The position numbers and the translations under genes were made by a program. Below the pieces are notes generated by a model, which was given only the letters and a program-made list of their open reading frames with translations, made no database searches and was not told where the DNA came from. A stretch of DNA of 35,051 nucleotides, taken from the NCBI RefSeq assembly GCF_001194135.2, contig NC_068999.1:12457031-12492081 (forward strand). The letters are read 5' to 3'. Shown here one piece after another: positions 24,767 through 35,051 of the stretch; position 1 is the stretch's first letter; each line of letters begins with the position of its first letter. The stretch is from Octopus bimaculoides (Eukaryota).

Positions 24767-27204
24767 GCAGTTTATCGTCTGTGAATTCAATACTGTTGAT
24801 TAAGTTTCATGTGAAAATCAGGTTTATTTCGTTAAGTGAAACTTCATAGATTATGTCATATTTTTCTCACTTCCATGTAAGGTGCAGCGTCTTCGCTTGC
24901 TCTCTCCTCTCATGATTCAATATATTGTATTTGCTTTTAACGTATGGTAGGGAAGTTAACTATTGCTATTTGCAAACTAATAGATCTCCAACTTAGTTCG
25001 TCTGCACATGTTTTCCTCTGGGTATCTTAAGCATTTCCAGTCTTTCAACAACGCATTAAAAAGCGCGTTGTAGAAGCCTACTATGTTGTCATATCTTCTA
25101 TGTCATATTAAAAGAACATTCTCAAACTCCTTCTTCACATTCTATAGACTTACTGAAAGACTTCAACATTCATTCGAAAACTCTTTTTCTTTGTTCCAAT
25201 CATCCTCTAGAAATTGCCTTAGACAAATATTCGCTGATCAATTGTTTAACTGGACATTACTAATGCGACGGAAAACGAAGCTTGGGAATGATTACATAAT
25301 CTATGATATATTGACGATATCATCACATAATTCATTGATCTTGAGATCGTAGCTATATTATGATTCACATAGCCACAGGCTACTTATATCCTTGTTCGCT
25401 ATTTTCCTGACCATGGTGAACTGTAAAGAAGTACATTTGTTAAACATTCTTGTCTGACCTGAGAACCCACCTCTGGGCTTAAAATATGACATTCTTTTCG
25501 TCAGAAATGTTTAGACTGTATGAACGACATTTCGCTAAATAGTCCCTCTTACAAATACATATATTTGTCGATAATGTACAACGAAACACAAATGTATTTT
25601 AAATATTTACTATACAAATTGGACAGAAAATCCGACACCAACATCTCTACTCACTAATTCCAGTTTCTTTGAACCTATATATANNNNNNNNNNNNNNNNN
25701 NNNNNNNNNNNNNNNNNNNNNNNNNNNNNNNNNTATATGCATTTATACACACGCGCGAGCGCATAAACACACGCACACTTAGACAATCACAAGCGGAAAC
25801 ATACTCACGTATAACAAACATACATTACTTACAATGTATTACATGCACAAGTATGTGTGCCTGCGAGTGAATATTTTGGAATTAAATTCATAGAGCAGTT
25901 AGAGCTAGGGATGGAATAGATGCTAATAGCTTTTCTGATTTTTTGCTTTCTAATTTCAAATTGCAATTCAGTGTTCGGGCTATGCACGGATTCCGTCGTT
26001 TAATTTAACCGCATCTACACCAGAAACTGGCCTTTGCATCTCCATTCGTATATATTCAGGTAATGTTTTTTACCTTAACGTATTTTCTTTCGTCCGTCTC
26101 ACGATTATCAGACCCCAGAAAAATAATGAAACCTTGTGCGAAAAATGTTCTCATATATTACTGACGATCAGAAAATGGTCACTTGACTATGAATGAGATT
26201 TGGAATGCTTACATTAAATATAAAGTTTCTCTGATGTCTAATATATTTTGCCGTAATTTGTGATGTATAATGTATCTTAGCGTAATTCGTTTAAACAGAC
26301 ACAAATTCACAAATGTTTACACAATACGTTCTAATGTTGACAATAATCATAGACTGATGTTTAAAAACTGATGGTCTCTATTATATTGTCCTAGGTAAAT
26401 AACAGCAATTAACTCGCAGAGAATATTTTGAGAAGAATACATTAAAATGTTTCCATGTTTATATTATATTTTTGAAATCTTTCAGCAAGAAGACCTATGA
26501 TCAAATATTTTCTAAAGGCAACAACTCCTCTTTACTTTACGAAAATTATTATTTCTGAAGCACTCCTTTATATTGTTGTATAATTAGATGTGTTTTCCAA
26601 ACCTTAGAACCGTTATAGCAGTGCGAAGATGGTACGATATTTTACAACACGACCAAGCAATGTCATATTTGAAGAAAGTTCATGAAGGACAGCGTTATAT
26701 ATTTAATATCTAGTTTCATTGTTTGTAAGCAAAACCGAGAGGTTGAGCTCTGTTTTATTTATAAAAGGCAAGGGAGATGTGTTTTTCGTTATTTATATCA
26801 CTCAATGGTTAAACTTTAAGTCTTTTTCTATTACTAAATCTTCTTGTTTAGTATGTTTCGACTGAATATGTAACTGAACTTCAAACATGACCCCAAAATA
26901 ATATCTAATAAACATTGACAACTCAAGAAATCTGGTTGGTTTTAATTTCAGATTGAAGGGCATTTATCAGACAACCGTTAATTAAAGAAAAAAAAAACTT
27001 TCGTTTAGCTTAAATACATACCAAATATATAGAATGTGGTACACTTTTAATTGAATCATATTCTATATCCCAGAAAATGAACGTGAACTAATCTGGCAAC
27101 GACATAACGTAGGGAATCCCAAACGATTGCAGGCATCATATTTATAGCTACGTAGTATATTGCGACTACTGGTGTTGCCAGCGACGCTGCTTCTGCTGCT
27201 GCTG

Positions 27205-27207
<3 letters not shown>

Positions 27208-27276
<69 letters not shown>
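27208..27276. repeat. (CTA)23 microsatellite
   Basis: Perfect run, preceded by CTG repeats and followed by AAT repeats. Confidence 0.95.
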
Positions 27277-27277
<1 letters not shown>

Positions 27278-27457
27278 AACAATAATACTTATAATATCAA
27301 TGAAAACAACAATAATAGTAATAATAATAATAAAGCCGCTAGTTATTTACTGTGAAGTCCTATATTTGTTTACCAATGCAGAGCAAACTAAAGAGATACA
27401 GGCCATAAATGTGAAAGAAAATGTAAACTATAAAAAATATTTATATTAGTATATTAG

Positions 27458-27506
<49 letters not shown>

Positions 27507-28405
27507 NNNNNNNNNNNNNNNNNNNNNNNNNNNNNNNNNNNNNNNNNNNNNNNNNNNNNNNNNNNNNNNNNNNNNNNNNNNNNNNNNNNNNNNNNNNNNN
27601 NNNNNNNNNNNNNNNNNNNNNNNNNNNNNNNNNNNNNNNNNNNNNNNNNNNNNNNNNNNNNNNNNNNNNNNNNNNNNNNNNNNNNNNNNNNNNNNNNNNN
27701 NNNNNNNNNNNNNNNNNNNNNNNNNNNNNNNNNNNNNNNNNNNNNNNNNNNNNNNNNNNNNNNNNNNNNNNNNNNNNNNNNNNNNNNNNNNNNNNNNNNN
27801 NNNNNNNNNNNNNNNNNNNNNNNNNNATATATATGAATATATCTCTATGCATGCATATGTACATTTTCTTAATAATGCTGTATACAAGAAGCAAACTGGA
27901 AAAACAAATAAAAAACAAACATTGAAACCCGTGCCTCTAGGTGAGATCTTTGATGTTGTATAAGGGAAGGAAAAGCAAAACACAAATACACTAAACAAAA
28001 CAAAACACGAAGTGTTTTCTCTCACACATCAGGTGTCATTCATAATGCGTTTCTTTACGGCAAATTCTCTGTCAGAGTGAAGTATATACTTCATGCTTCC
28101 TATTCAAGAATTTCTTGTTTACTGCCAGCTTGTCTTCAACCATATCATCAGCCTCGAGTGACATTCACATTTATTCACACGGAGTGGCGGAAGATACTAT
28201 ATGTGTGTCTGTGATAATATAGATAGCGATCGGATCATGTTATATATTTCCTGTCATATGATGAGAAATAACCTCAGTGCGGTAAAAAAAAAATGAAGAA
28301 TATATAATTTTTAAAGAAACCATTGTATGTTACAATATTTGGTCCCACTAATTACTTTCTTAGCGATGATATTTATACATATACTGCTCAAATTTAAATA
28401 TACGC

Positions 28406-28422
28406 GCACACACACACACATA

Positions 28423-28480
<58 letters not shown>
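28406..28480. repeat. (CA)n microsatellite running into a gap
   Basis: Seen directly. Confidence 0.95.
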
Positions 28481-28626
28481 NNNNNNNNNNNNNNNNNNNN
28501 NNNNNNNNNNNNNNNNNNNNNNNNNNNNNNNNNNNNNNNNNNNNNNNNNNNNNNNNNNNNNNNNNNNNNNNNNNNNNNNNNNNNNNNNNNNNNNNNNNNN
28601 NNNNNNNNNNNNNNNNNNNNNNNNNN

Positions 28627-28666
<40 letters not shown>

Positions 28667-28839
28667 CTACCCATAACTTGGGACTGTTCCCCTTGCATTT
28701 CTGTATGTTGGGGACTATGATCCTGATTTTCACTAGGAGACAGATGATGTTTTGTTGGTTCTGTATCTTCATCCGAATATTCCTCCGGAGTTAAGTCCTG
28801 ATTCGCTGTTCATTCGCTTTCATCCCAGGCATGGAGCCG

Positions 28840-29100
28840 TTGGACACTGACATGTTGTCACCACTGTGCCTAAGGAGTCCTATCTACCCCAGTTTTCAAA
28901 TCAGAATCTTCCTTCTAGACAGACTGCCAACCAAAGCACAATAGTTCTGACTACCCGTTTTCGGAATGCCCGTTTAATTTTCTAAGGTCATCTGCTCGTT
29001 GCCGGGTTTTGCTTTTAATCCCGCAGGATGTAGTAAATCCACCACACTCACCAACCGAGCTTAGTGGGGTTGCCTGTTTAGTGACCGATTGCTTAACATT
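28840..29100 (-). mobile_element. Possible 5' UTR remnant of an RTE-clade LINE
   Basis: Minus-strand GGTTGGCAGTCTGTCTAGAAGGAAGATTCTGATTTGAAA (28894-28932) resembles a motif I recall from RTE 5' UTRs. No coding remnant was recognised. Confidence 0.3.
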
Positions 29101-29599
29101 TTAACAACGCCACTTGTTAATCATTGTGGGTAATTATCAAGCTGGGTTTTTTTTTTACTTGTTCACTATTATAATTTCACTATTACAACTATTATCCTAT
29201 AATCCCTATCTTATTATATATCTTTTTTATTCCTATAGTTTAACAATTATTCCTATACTTATATTGTTACTATGATATTAGACAATATGAGAGAAGCATC
29301 GAGAAGTTGGAACTGGCATAGCTAAGATATAGAAATTTATTAACAGCATCTCACTATTAAAAAAAAAAGTTATAGTATTCTATCTATAATCATCCCATCG
29401 TATTTATGGTGAAGAAATATATCTATAGAAATACATATAATACTTCAGATATAAAAGCCTAGAAACATCTCAGTTTTTAAAAGAAGCAATAGAAAAGGCT
29501 TCCCATATTTTAGAGGAACTGTTAACTGGCCATTTTCGTCGTCACTATCATCATCATCATCATCACCATCATTTTTTAATTAGGATTATTTATCAGTAC

Positions 29600-29760
29600 C
29601 TTCCAAATGCATATTTTGGTAATATTGGTGTTTCGTAGAATATAGGTGCTAGAATATGCAGAAGCCATAACGTAGTATTGAGGTAACGTACGATATACTG
29701 AATTTTCTACATGTCTGAGAGCTTTAATTATGAACTGTTTTGTTTTTCCTTCAGCCAGGT
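29600..29760 (-). CDS. Candidate 161-nt exon of unknown product
   Basis: Bounded by TATTTAATAG and AAG|GTACTG. Only one frame is open throughout (DLAEGKTKQFIIKALRHVENSVYRTLPQYYVMASAYSSTYILRNTNITKICIWK). No homology recognised. Confidence 0.15.
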
Positions 29761-30183
29761 CTATTAAATAGATATTTACCAAATAGTATCAGTGTAAACG
29801 TGCATTTGGAAACAATACGTACAGTAATGTATACTAACAAATAGATAAACTAGAATGTTTCTGTAAGAAGATAGATTCTTATAGTAAATTTCTTGCATTA
29901 ATTAATAGATCTGTTTCCAATGCTCGCTGTTGGAATCTAATACAAAATATCTGGTCTAAATTACTGTGATGTTTGTTACTCAAACTAATGTTGAAATCAG
30001 TCTATATTGCAACAAATCTACTTGTTCTTTATATTTGACAAGACGTCCAATATCCTTAAGACATTTTCTATTTAGTTCCGTGGATTTTATGTTTAAATTC
30101 TAATCTCACCTTAAGCGTCTTGAGCAGGATCTAAATGGTTGTGTTTTATATAACCTATGTTGATTTTTAGCATGTATAGAAAT

Positions 30184-30254
30184 AGCCAATCAGCGTTATT
30201 GATAAATATCAATAGGGTTTAGCAACGATAGCATACGTGACTGATCCTAGCAAT
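30184..30254. promoter_or_regulatory. Candidate cis-regulatory module (NF-Y box, RFX half-sites, ACGTGAC)
   Basis: AGCCAATCAGCG at 30184-30195, TTAGCAAC at 30219-30226, ACGTGAC at 30235-30241 and CCTAGCAAT at 30246-30254, all within about 70 bp. Confidence 0.3.
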
Positions 30255-30312
30255 GGTTTCGATTTTTATTTACATCAATTTCTTTTTAACTTTTGGCCCA
30301 AATCCTTTTAAT

Positions 30313-30510
30313 ATTGGTTTACAATTCTGTCACAAGGTCAGCAATTCCAGGAGAGTGGTTAAGTCGATTAAATCCACTCCGTACTCTTTTGATATTCATT
30401 TTATGGATCCCAAAAGGATGAAACGAAAAATCGATCGAGGCTGAATTTGAAATCAGAATGTAAAGATGGAGCAAATGCGGCTAACCATTCTGTCTACCAC
30501 ACTAAAAATT
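30313..30510 (-). mobile_element. SINE family A, older degenerate copy
   Basis: CACAAGGTCAGCAATT...AAGTCGATTAAAT...CCCAAAAGGATGAAA...GAATTTGAAATCAGAATGTAAAG. Confidence 0.7.
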
Positions 30511-30542
30511 CGACCAGATTGACGCCTCAAATCTTAATACTT

Positions 30543-30743
30543 TTGGTTTTAAATTTTCACAAAACCCAGTACTTTTGTGGAAGCAGGGTCATTCGATTAC
30601 ATCAAAACCAATGCTCAGTGGTACTTATTTTATCGACCTCAAAAGGATGAAAGACAAATCAACATTCGGCTTTCTTTACATTATGAACCCAGAAAGTAAC
30701 GCCGGACTAAGCAATTTTCCCTGAGCGATAACAATACTGCTCG
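30543..30743 (-). mobile_element. SINE family A, older degenerate copy
   Basis: TTGGTTTTAAATTT...TCGATTACATC...GGTACTTATTTTATCGACCTCAAAAGGATGAAAG. Confidence 0.7.
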
Positions 30744-30780
30744 ATTAATTAAGTCCTATTAATTTTAGAAATTAAAATGA

Positions 30781-30955
30781 AGCGGCGAGCCGGCCGAATC
30801 CTTTGCACATTGGGCAAAATGCTTGTCCGTATTTTATCGGTTATTACATTCATCCTACCGGGGGCCATAAAAGCAGTAACACTTGGCCAATGGTGTCGAT
30901 GTAATGGATTTGCGCCCTCTCCATAATTTCTGGGCTTGTGTCAAAAATTTGAAAC
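30781..30955 (+). mobile_element. SINE family A, older degenerate copy with internal deletion
   Basis: GCGGCGAGCCGGCCGAATC...GGCAAAATGCTT...GTCGATGTAATGGA...GGGCTTGTGTCAAAAATTTGAAAC. Confidence 0.65.
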
Positions 30956-30974
30956 TTATTATGATTTAAATTAA

Positions 30975-31168
30975 GTGCTGAGCTGGTAGGATTGCTAGAA
31001 CGCCGGGGACAATGATTGGGTGGAATTTCGTCCCCCAGTACGTACTCTGTATTTTTTAATCTTTCTGGTATCGATAAAATACGTGACACATATACACTAG
31101 AGTCGTTGATATCGACCCACCTCAAGAACAGAGAATTGATGTCTTTCGTGCCAAAATTTGAAACCAAT
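30975..31168 (+). mobile_element. SINE family A, older degenerate copy
   Basis: GAGCTGGTAGGATTGCTAGAACGCCGGG...ATCTTTCTGGTATCGATAAAAT...GTGCCAAAATTTGAAACCAAT. Confidence 0.6.
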
Positions 31169-31207
31169 ATCAGAAATTAAAATTATGATACATTCGCTCC
31201 AATAACA

Positions 31208-32038
31208 TACAGATCAAAGTGTTCCCGCACTAGTTCTGTAGCACGCCAACAGATAGCAGCACACGGATATGTCCAGGGTGAGAGCTAGAAGTTATCTTCG
31301 TGAGGCGATGTGCTAAGTGACATCGCTGTGTTTATTTCGCAAGGAGTGAAATTTGTGTTTTTGCGATCAAATGCATGTTGTAGTCAATGGTTTTATCAAA
31401 GAGCCAACAGGAAATGTTGTGTTAAGTTGGGCAGTGTCCTACAGAGACGTTAAGCATGCTTTGGCAAGCTTACAACAGTGAAACAATGGGTCTCACGCAA
31501 TACTTCTAGTGGCAGGTGACTTCAACATTTGCAGATCAATCAAGAGCATTCTCGTCGGTTATTTCGACACCCGTGATATTATGCATCAATAATTTATCCC
31601 CCAATTCCAAACCGTAAATCGAAAGTTCAAGCATTTCAAAGTGGACATTCGACGAAAGCGACCGGATCTGTGGAGCGGAAAAATTGAATTCTTCTTGACG
31701 ACAATGCACCCTGTCACCGAGCCCTCCTCACTCATGATATTTTCGCCATACATAACATGCAATTGCCTCCGCACCAGCTCTATTTTCCAGATTTAGCACA
31801 TGTGGACTTCCATTACTTCCAGAAGATGAAAAAAGCAGTTGAAAGGTCGCCGATTTAACACTATTGTCGATATCAAGAAGGTTCTCACTCACTTAGGAAA
31901 AAAACGACTTCAACGACGGATTCCAAATGTGAGCGGATCTCTGAGACAGGTGTATTGCTGCGCAAGGTAGCTATTTCGAAACAAATATATTTTTTAATTA
32001 AGCATGACTAGCCCGGTAATCTTTTGATCCAATTTGTA
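31208..32038 (+). mobile_element. Internally deleted mariner (DD34D-type) transposon relic
   Basis: N-terminal remnant TETLSMLWQAYNSETMGLTQYF*W. After a deletion come RSIKSILVGYFDTRDIMHQ*FIPQFQTVN, DIRRKRPDLW, LDDNAPCHRA (HHDNAPAH motif), HQLYFPDLAHVDF (PYSPDLAP.DF motif), LKGRRF and DRCIAAQGSYFE. Weak TIR remnants lie near 31208-31231 and 32010-32038. Confidence 0.88.
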
Positions 32039-32299
32039 TTAATTTGCATAAAATATTTTTGAAATTCTCTTCACTACAATTAATCCTGTTCACCTTTGTA
32101 ATTACAAGTCCGCTACCAAACTTATCCATCCACATCATGCAATGCTATACCACCATCTCAATTTCTATTTTGCTACAGAACACTCTTTATTATTAATTTC
32201 ATTACGGATCTAAAGTACTCTTCAAACTATCTACTCAATTGCCTCAAGTTGATTACTAATATTCATCAACTGCTTTACTAATTGCCTGAATAATATTGA

Positions 32300-33098
32300 T
32301 GCTTATGATAGCAATACCGTTCTTGTTGTTGTTGTCTGTTTGTTGTTACCGTTGCTGTTGTCACTGCTGCTACTGCTGCAACTGCTGTTGCTAATACTTG
32401 TCCTGTTATTTTGTAAGCTTTGCATAGAATAGCGATTGCATTGTAGATGCTTCTGTTATTGTAGCTGTGGCTGTTCATGCCATGGTCGTTGCAGTGGGTG
32501 CACAGCATGTTGCTGTTGCAGCCAATGCATATTATATTAAGACTTATCTCGTTTTTGTTCACGGTGATTATTTCGCTATGCATGATGTTGTTGTTATTGC
32601 ACATAATAGTGTTAGGGATAGGTCTGATGATGATAATGATGGTGTTATCGACAAGAACGGCGACGCTGATGCTGATGATGATTGTGATGATGATGGCAAT
32701 AATGGCAATGATACTGATGATGGTGCTGGTGATGGTGGGGGTGGTGGTGGTGATGTTGATGTTGATGGTGATGATAATGATAAAGTTGGTGATGATGACG
32801 ATAATGATTATGGCGACGATGGCAGCGACGGCTATGCTGCTGCTACTGCTGCTGCTACTGCTGCTGCTACTGCTGCTGCTACTGCTGCTGCTACTGCTGC
32901 TACTGCTGCTGCTGTTACTGCTGCTGCTGCTACTGCTGCTGCTGCTGCTACCACTGCTGCTGCTGCTGCTGCTGATGATGATGATGATGAAGAGGGTGAT
33001 GATGACGACGATGACAATGATGGTGATGATGATGATGAGGAGGAGGGGGAGGATAATGACGATGATGATGATGAGGAGGAGGAGGAGGAGGAGGATGA

Positions 33099-33132
<34 letters not shown>

Positions 33133-33295
33133 AACGACGACGAAGATGATGATGATGGTGATGATTATACTGTTGATGTTCCCCCTTCGGTTGTTGATGT
33201 TGCTAACGCGGTTGGTTCTCCTGTTGCTGCTGCTGCTATTGTTGCTGTTTTCCTTGTTGTAGTTGTTGCTGCTGTTGATGTTGCTGGTAGTGTTA
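32300..33295. repeat. Compound trinucleotide low-complexity block (GTT/GCT/ACT/GAT/GGT/GAG/GAC)
   Basis: Seen directly. Includes GCTGCTACT 9-mer repeats and GAT, GAG and GAC runs. Confidence 0.95.
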
Positions 33296-33619
33296 TGAGG
33301 ACAGTGAGAACACTAAGGTGTCAAATTAATTTTACTGAAGCTACAAGAGAACAACGCGTGTTTGTGTGTGTTAGGGAATACATGTCTGTGGGAATGTTGG
33401 CATAAGTTAAACGAAAGAGCAACAACTTGTATAAAAGCACTCACTTTCCAGATTTTGGTAACTCTCTCGTTTTAGGTTACATACAAAATTGTATGTAATC
33501 TAAATCTTGCGCGCAATACTAGTGGGACCCGTGGAAATTCCAAGAAATGAAAAACAAAAATTAGAGGACCTATTTAAGAAAGAAAATGGGATTCGCATAT
33601 TTACAACATTCATGTTTTA

Positions 33620-33847
33620 TTGGGTTGTCCTGAACGTCCGTGCCGTTTTATAGTAGCATACCTTTCGATTTATTTGCCATGAAACCACCTGAATTCTGGG
33701 AAGAGGGTATTTTCAAGTTAAAGGAAAGATGGAGATGCATTGTGCAACAAAATGGTTCATATTTGGTTGATTAAAAATCTAATGGCGAGTATTTATTGAC
33801 CTTTTACTTTCCTTTAAAAATCGGCACGAACTTTCCCGACAACTCAA
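33620..33847 (+). mobile_element. 228-bp non-autonomous mariner derivative with both TIRs and TA flanks
   Basis: The left end TTGGGTTGTCCTGAACGTCCGTGCCGTTTTA matches the reverse complement of the right end, TTGAGTTGTCGGGAAAGTTCGTGCCGATTTTTA. TA dinucleotides sit at 33618-33619 and 33848-33849. Internally, 33679-33774 encodes KPPEFWEEGIFKLKERWRCIVQQNGSYLVD*, a mariner transposase C-terminus. Confidence 0.88.
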
Positions 33848-34586
33848 TACTTTCCTATAAATATTTTTCACGTTCGACTACATACATTTCCGTACGTCTC
33901 CGATAGTGTTTTCCTTTTCCTCTTCTTGTAATATTTTCTCGCAGTTCCTCTGAGATCCTTGCTCTATATGTGAGCATATTTCCTCGGGCACCTTTCAGAC
34001 ATATTTCTTGTGAATCCAAAGTTTAAGCTTCCTTATCCTTAAAAATCAACGTCAAATTTCAAGCGAGTAGGCGATAAATAATTGCTTTAAACGATGGTCG
34101 CTATAGAGAAGAAAAAAATAAAAACGAAGTTCAATAAAAAAAAAGTTGAAACACTTTTGACTAACACATGACCATCACCACCACCACCGCGGCGCCATCA
34201 ACCATTCTTTCTCACTTTCTCTGCCTCTGTCTCTGTCTTTCTCTCTTTCTCTATCAATATAACTGTCTCTCATGTCCATCTCCTGTATCTACATTCCCCT
34301 TCAGCTAACTTTTTAACCACATGGTAATTATTCCTTCCCCACCCCCGCCGTACATCGTTAACACGGCTCCCTCCCTCCTTTCCTCTCGTTCTTCATCTGT
34401 ACCTCCAGCTGGCCATTGGCCTAATTGTATTAATTTGAATCACCTCCCTCTACTACTTCCTCTCTTATTTCTTCACCCCTCCTCTCTCTCTCTAATTCTT
34501 ACTGCACCTCTCAATCACTCCACCTCCGCCTCTCTTACTAAGTAATGTGTAACGGGCGAACGAACAAGCAGATTATTATATAGACT

Positions 34587-34790
34587 AGCGGAACATGTAA
34601 ATATTTCACGGAATTTACGGTAAAGCAATCGGGTTACTTCTGAAAACTTAATCCAAAAAACCTGAAAGCATAGCCTGTGTTATATCTGTATCAAAGGACT
34701 GACACTCACCTGCTACTCATTGAAAAGTGGAACGAATTGGAATATGGTAATTACATACTGCACTTTATATATACACCTTATATACTTTAT
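34587..34790 (+). mobile_element. Possible Helitron/Helentron-derived non-autonomous element (HINE-like)
   Basis: Starts ACTAGCGGAACATG...TTTCACGG and contains AAAGCATAGCCTGTGT, similar to HINE/Lep1-type starts I recall. A related start occurs at 33518. Confidence 0.25.
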
Positions 34791-34837
34791 GCACAATTTT
34801 ATAGACTTAATACAGAACAGTCATAAAATAAATTTCT

Positions 34838-35051
34838 TCTATTCTTTTAATTGTTTCAGTTATTTGACTGCGTCCATGCTGGAGTATCGCCTTTAGTCGA
34901 ATCAAATCGACTCCAGGACTTATTCTTTGTAAGCCTATTACTTCTTCTATCGGTCCCTTTTGCCGAACCGCTAGCTTATGGGGGCCCAAACACACCAGCA
35001 TCAGTTGTCAAGTGATGTTGGGGGGGACAAACACAGATACAGAACATATAC
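34838..35051 (-). mobile_element. SINE family B, 3' half, continuing past the window end
   Basis: TTGTTTCAGTTATTTGACTGCGTCCATGCTGGAG...GCCGAACCGCTA...GGGGGGACAAACAC matches 19195-19385. Confidence 0.88.

Noticed and set aside
1774-28794. Long ORFs containing X runs or YIYI, HTHT and VCVC tracts
   Set aside because: They stay open only because they cross N gaps or dinucleotide repeats.

Overview
AT-rich eukaryotic genomic DNA, rich in repeats and microsatellites, with ten N gaps: 1895-2131, 4484-5343, 6515-7004, 14168-14741, 18917-19194, 22271-22491, 23667-24274, 25684-25733, 27507-27826 and 28481-28626. The SINE families resemble those I recall from Octopus, so this is probably an intronic or intergenic region of a short-read octopus assembly (inference). 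I recognise no intact host gene. Most ORFs in the track are artefacts of N runs, microsatellites or SINEs. Supported content: (1) a decayed 3' fragment of an R4/Dong-like non-LTR retrotransposon with zinc knuckle, restriction-like endonuclease and (TAA)n tail; (2) three different mariner relics, one a 228-bp derivative with both TIRs; (3) about 20 copies or fragments of three tRNA-derived SINE families, two of them in an identical dimeric arrangement; (4) a minimal type I hammerhead ribozyme motif at 2616-2658, of the kind carried by Penelope-like elements; (5) a 1-kb frame-locked trinucleotide block; (6) a weak candidate promoter and exon near 29.6-30.25 kb. Family assignments come from remembered motifs, not from database searches.
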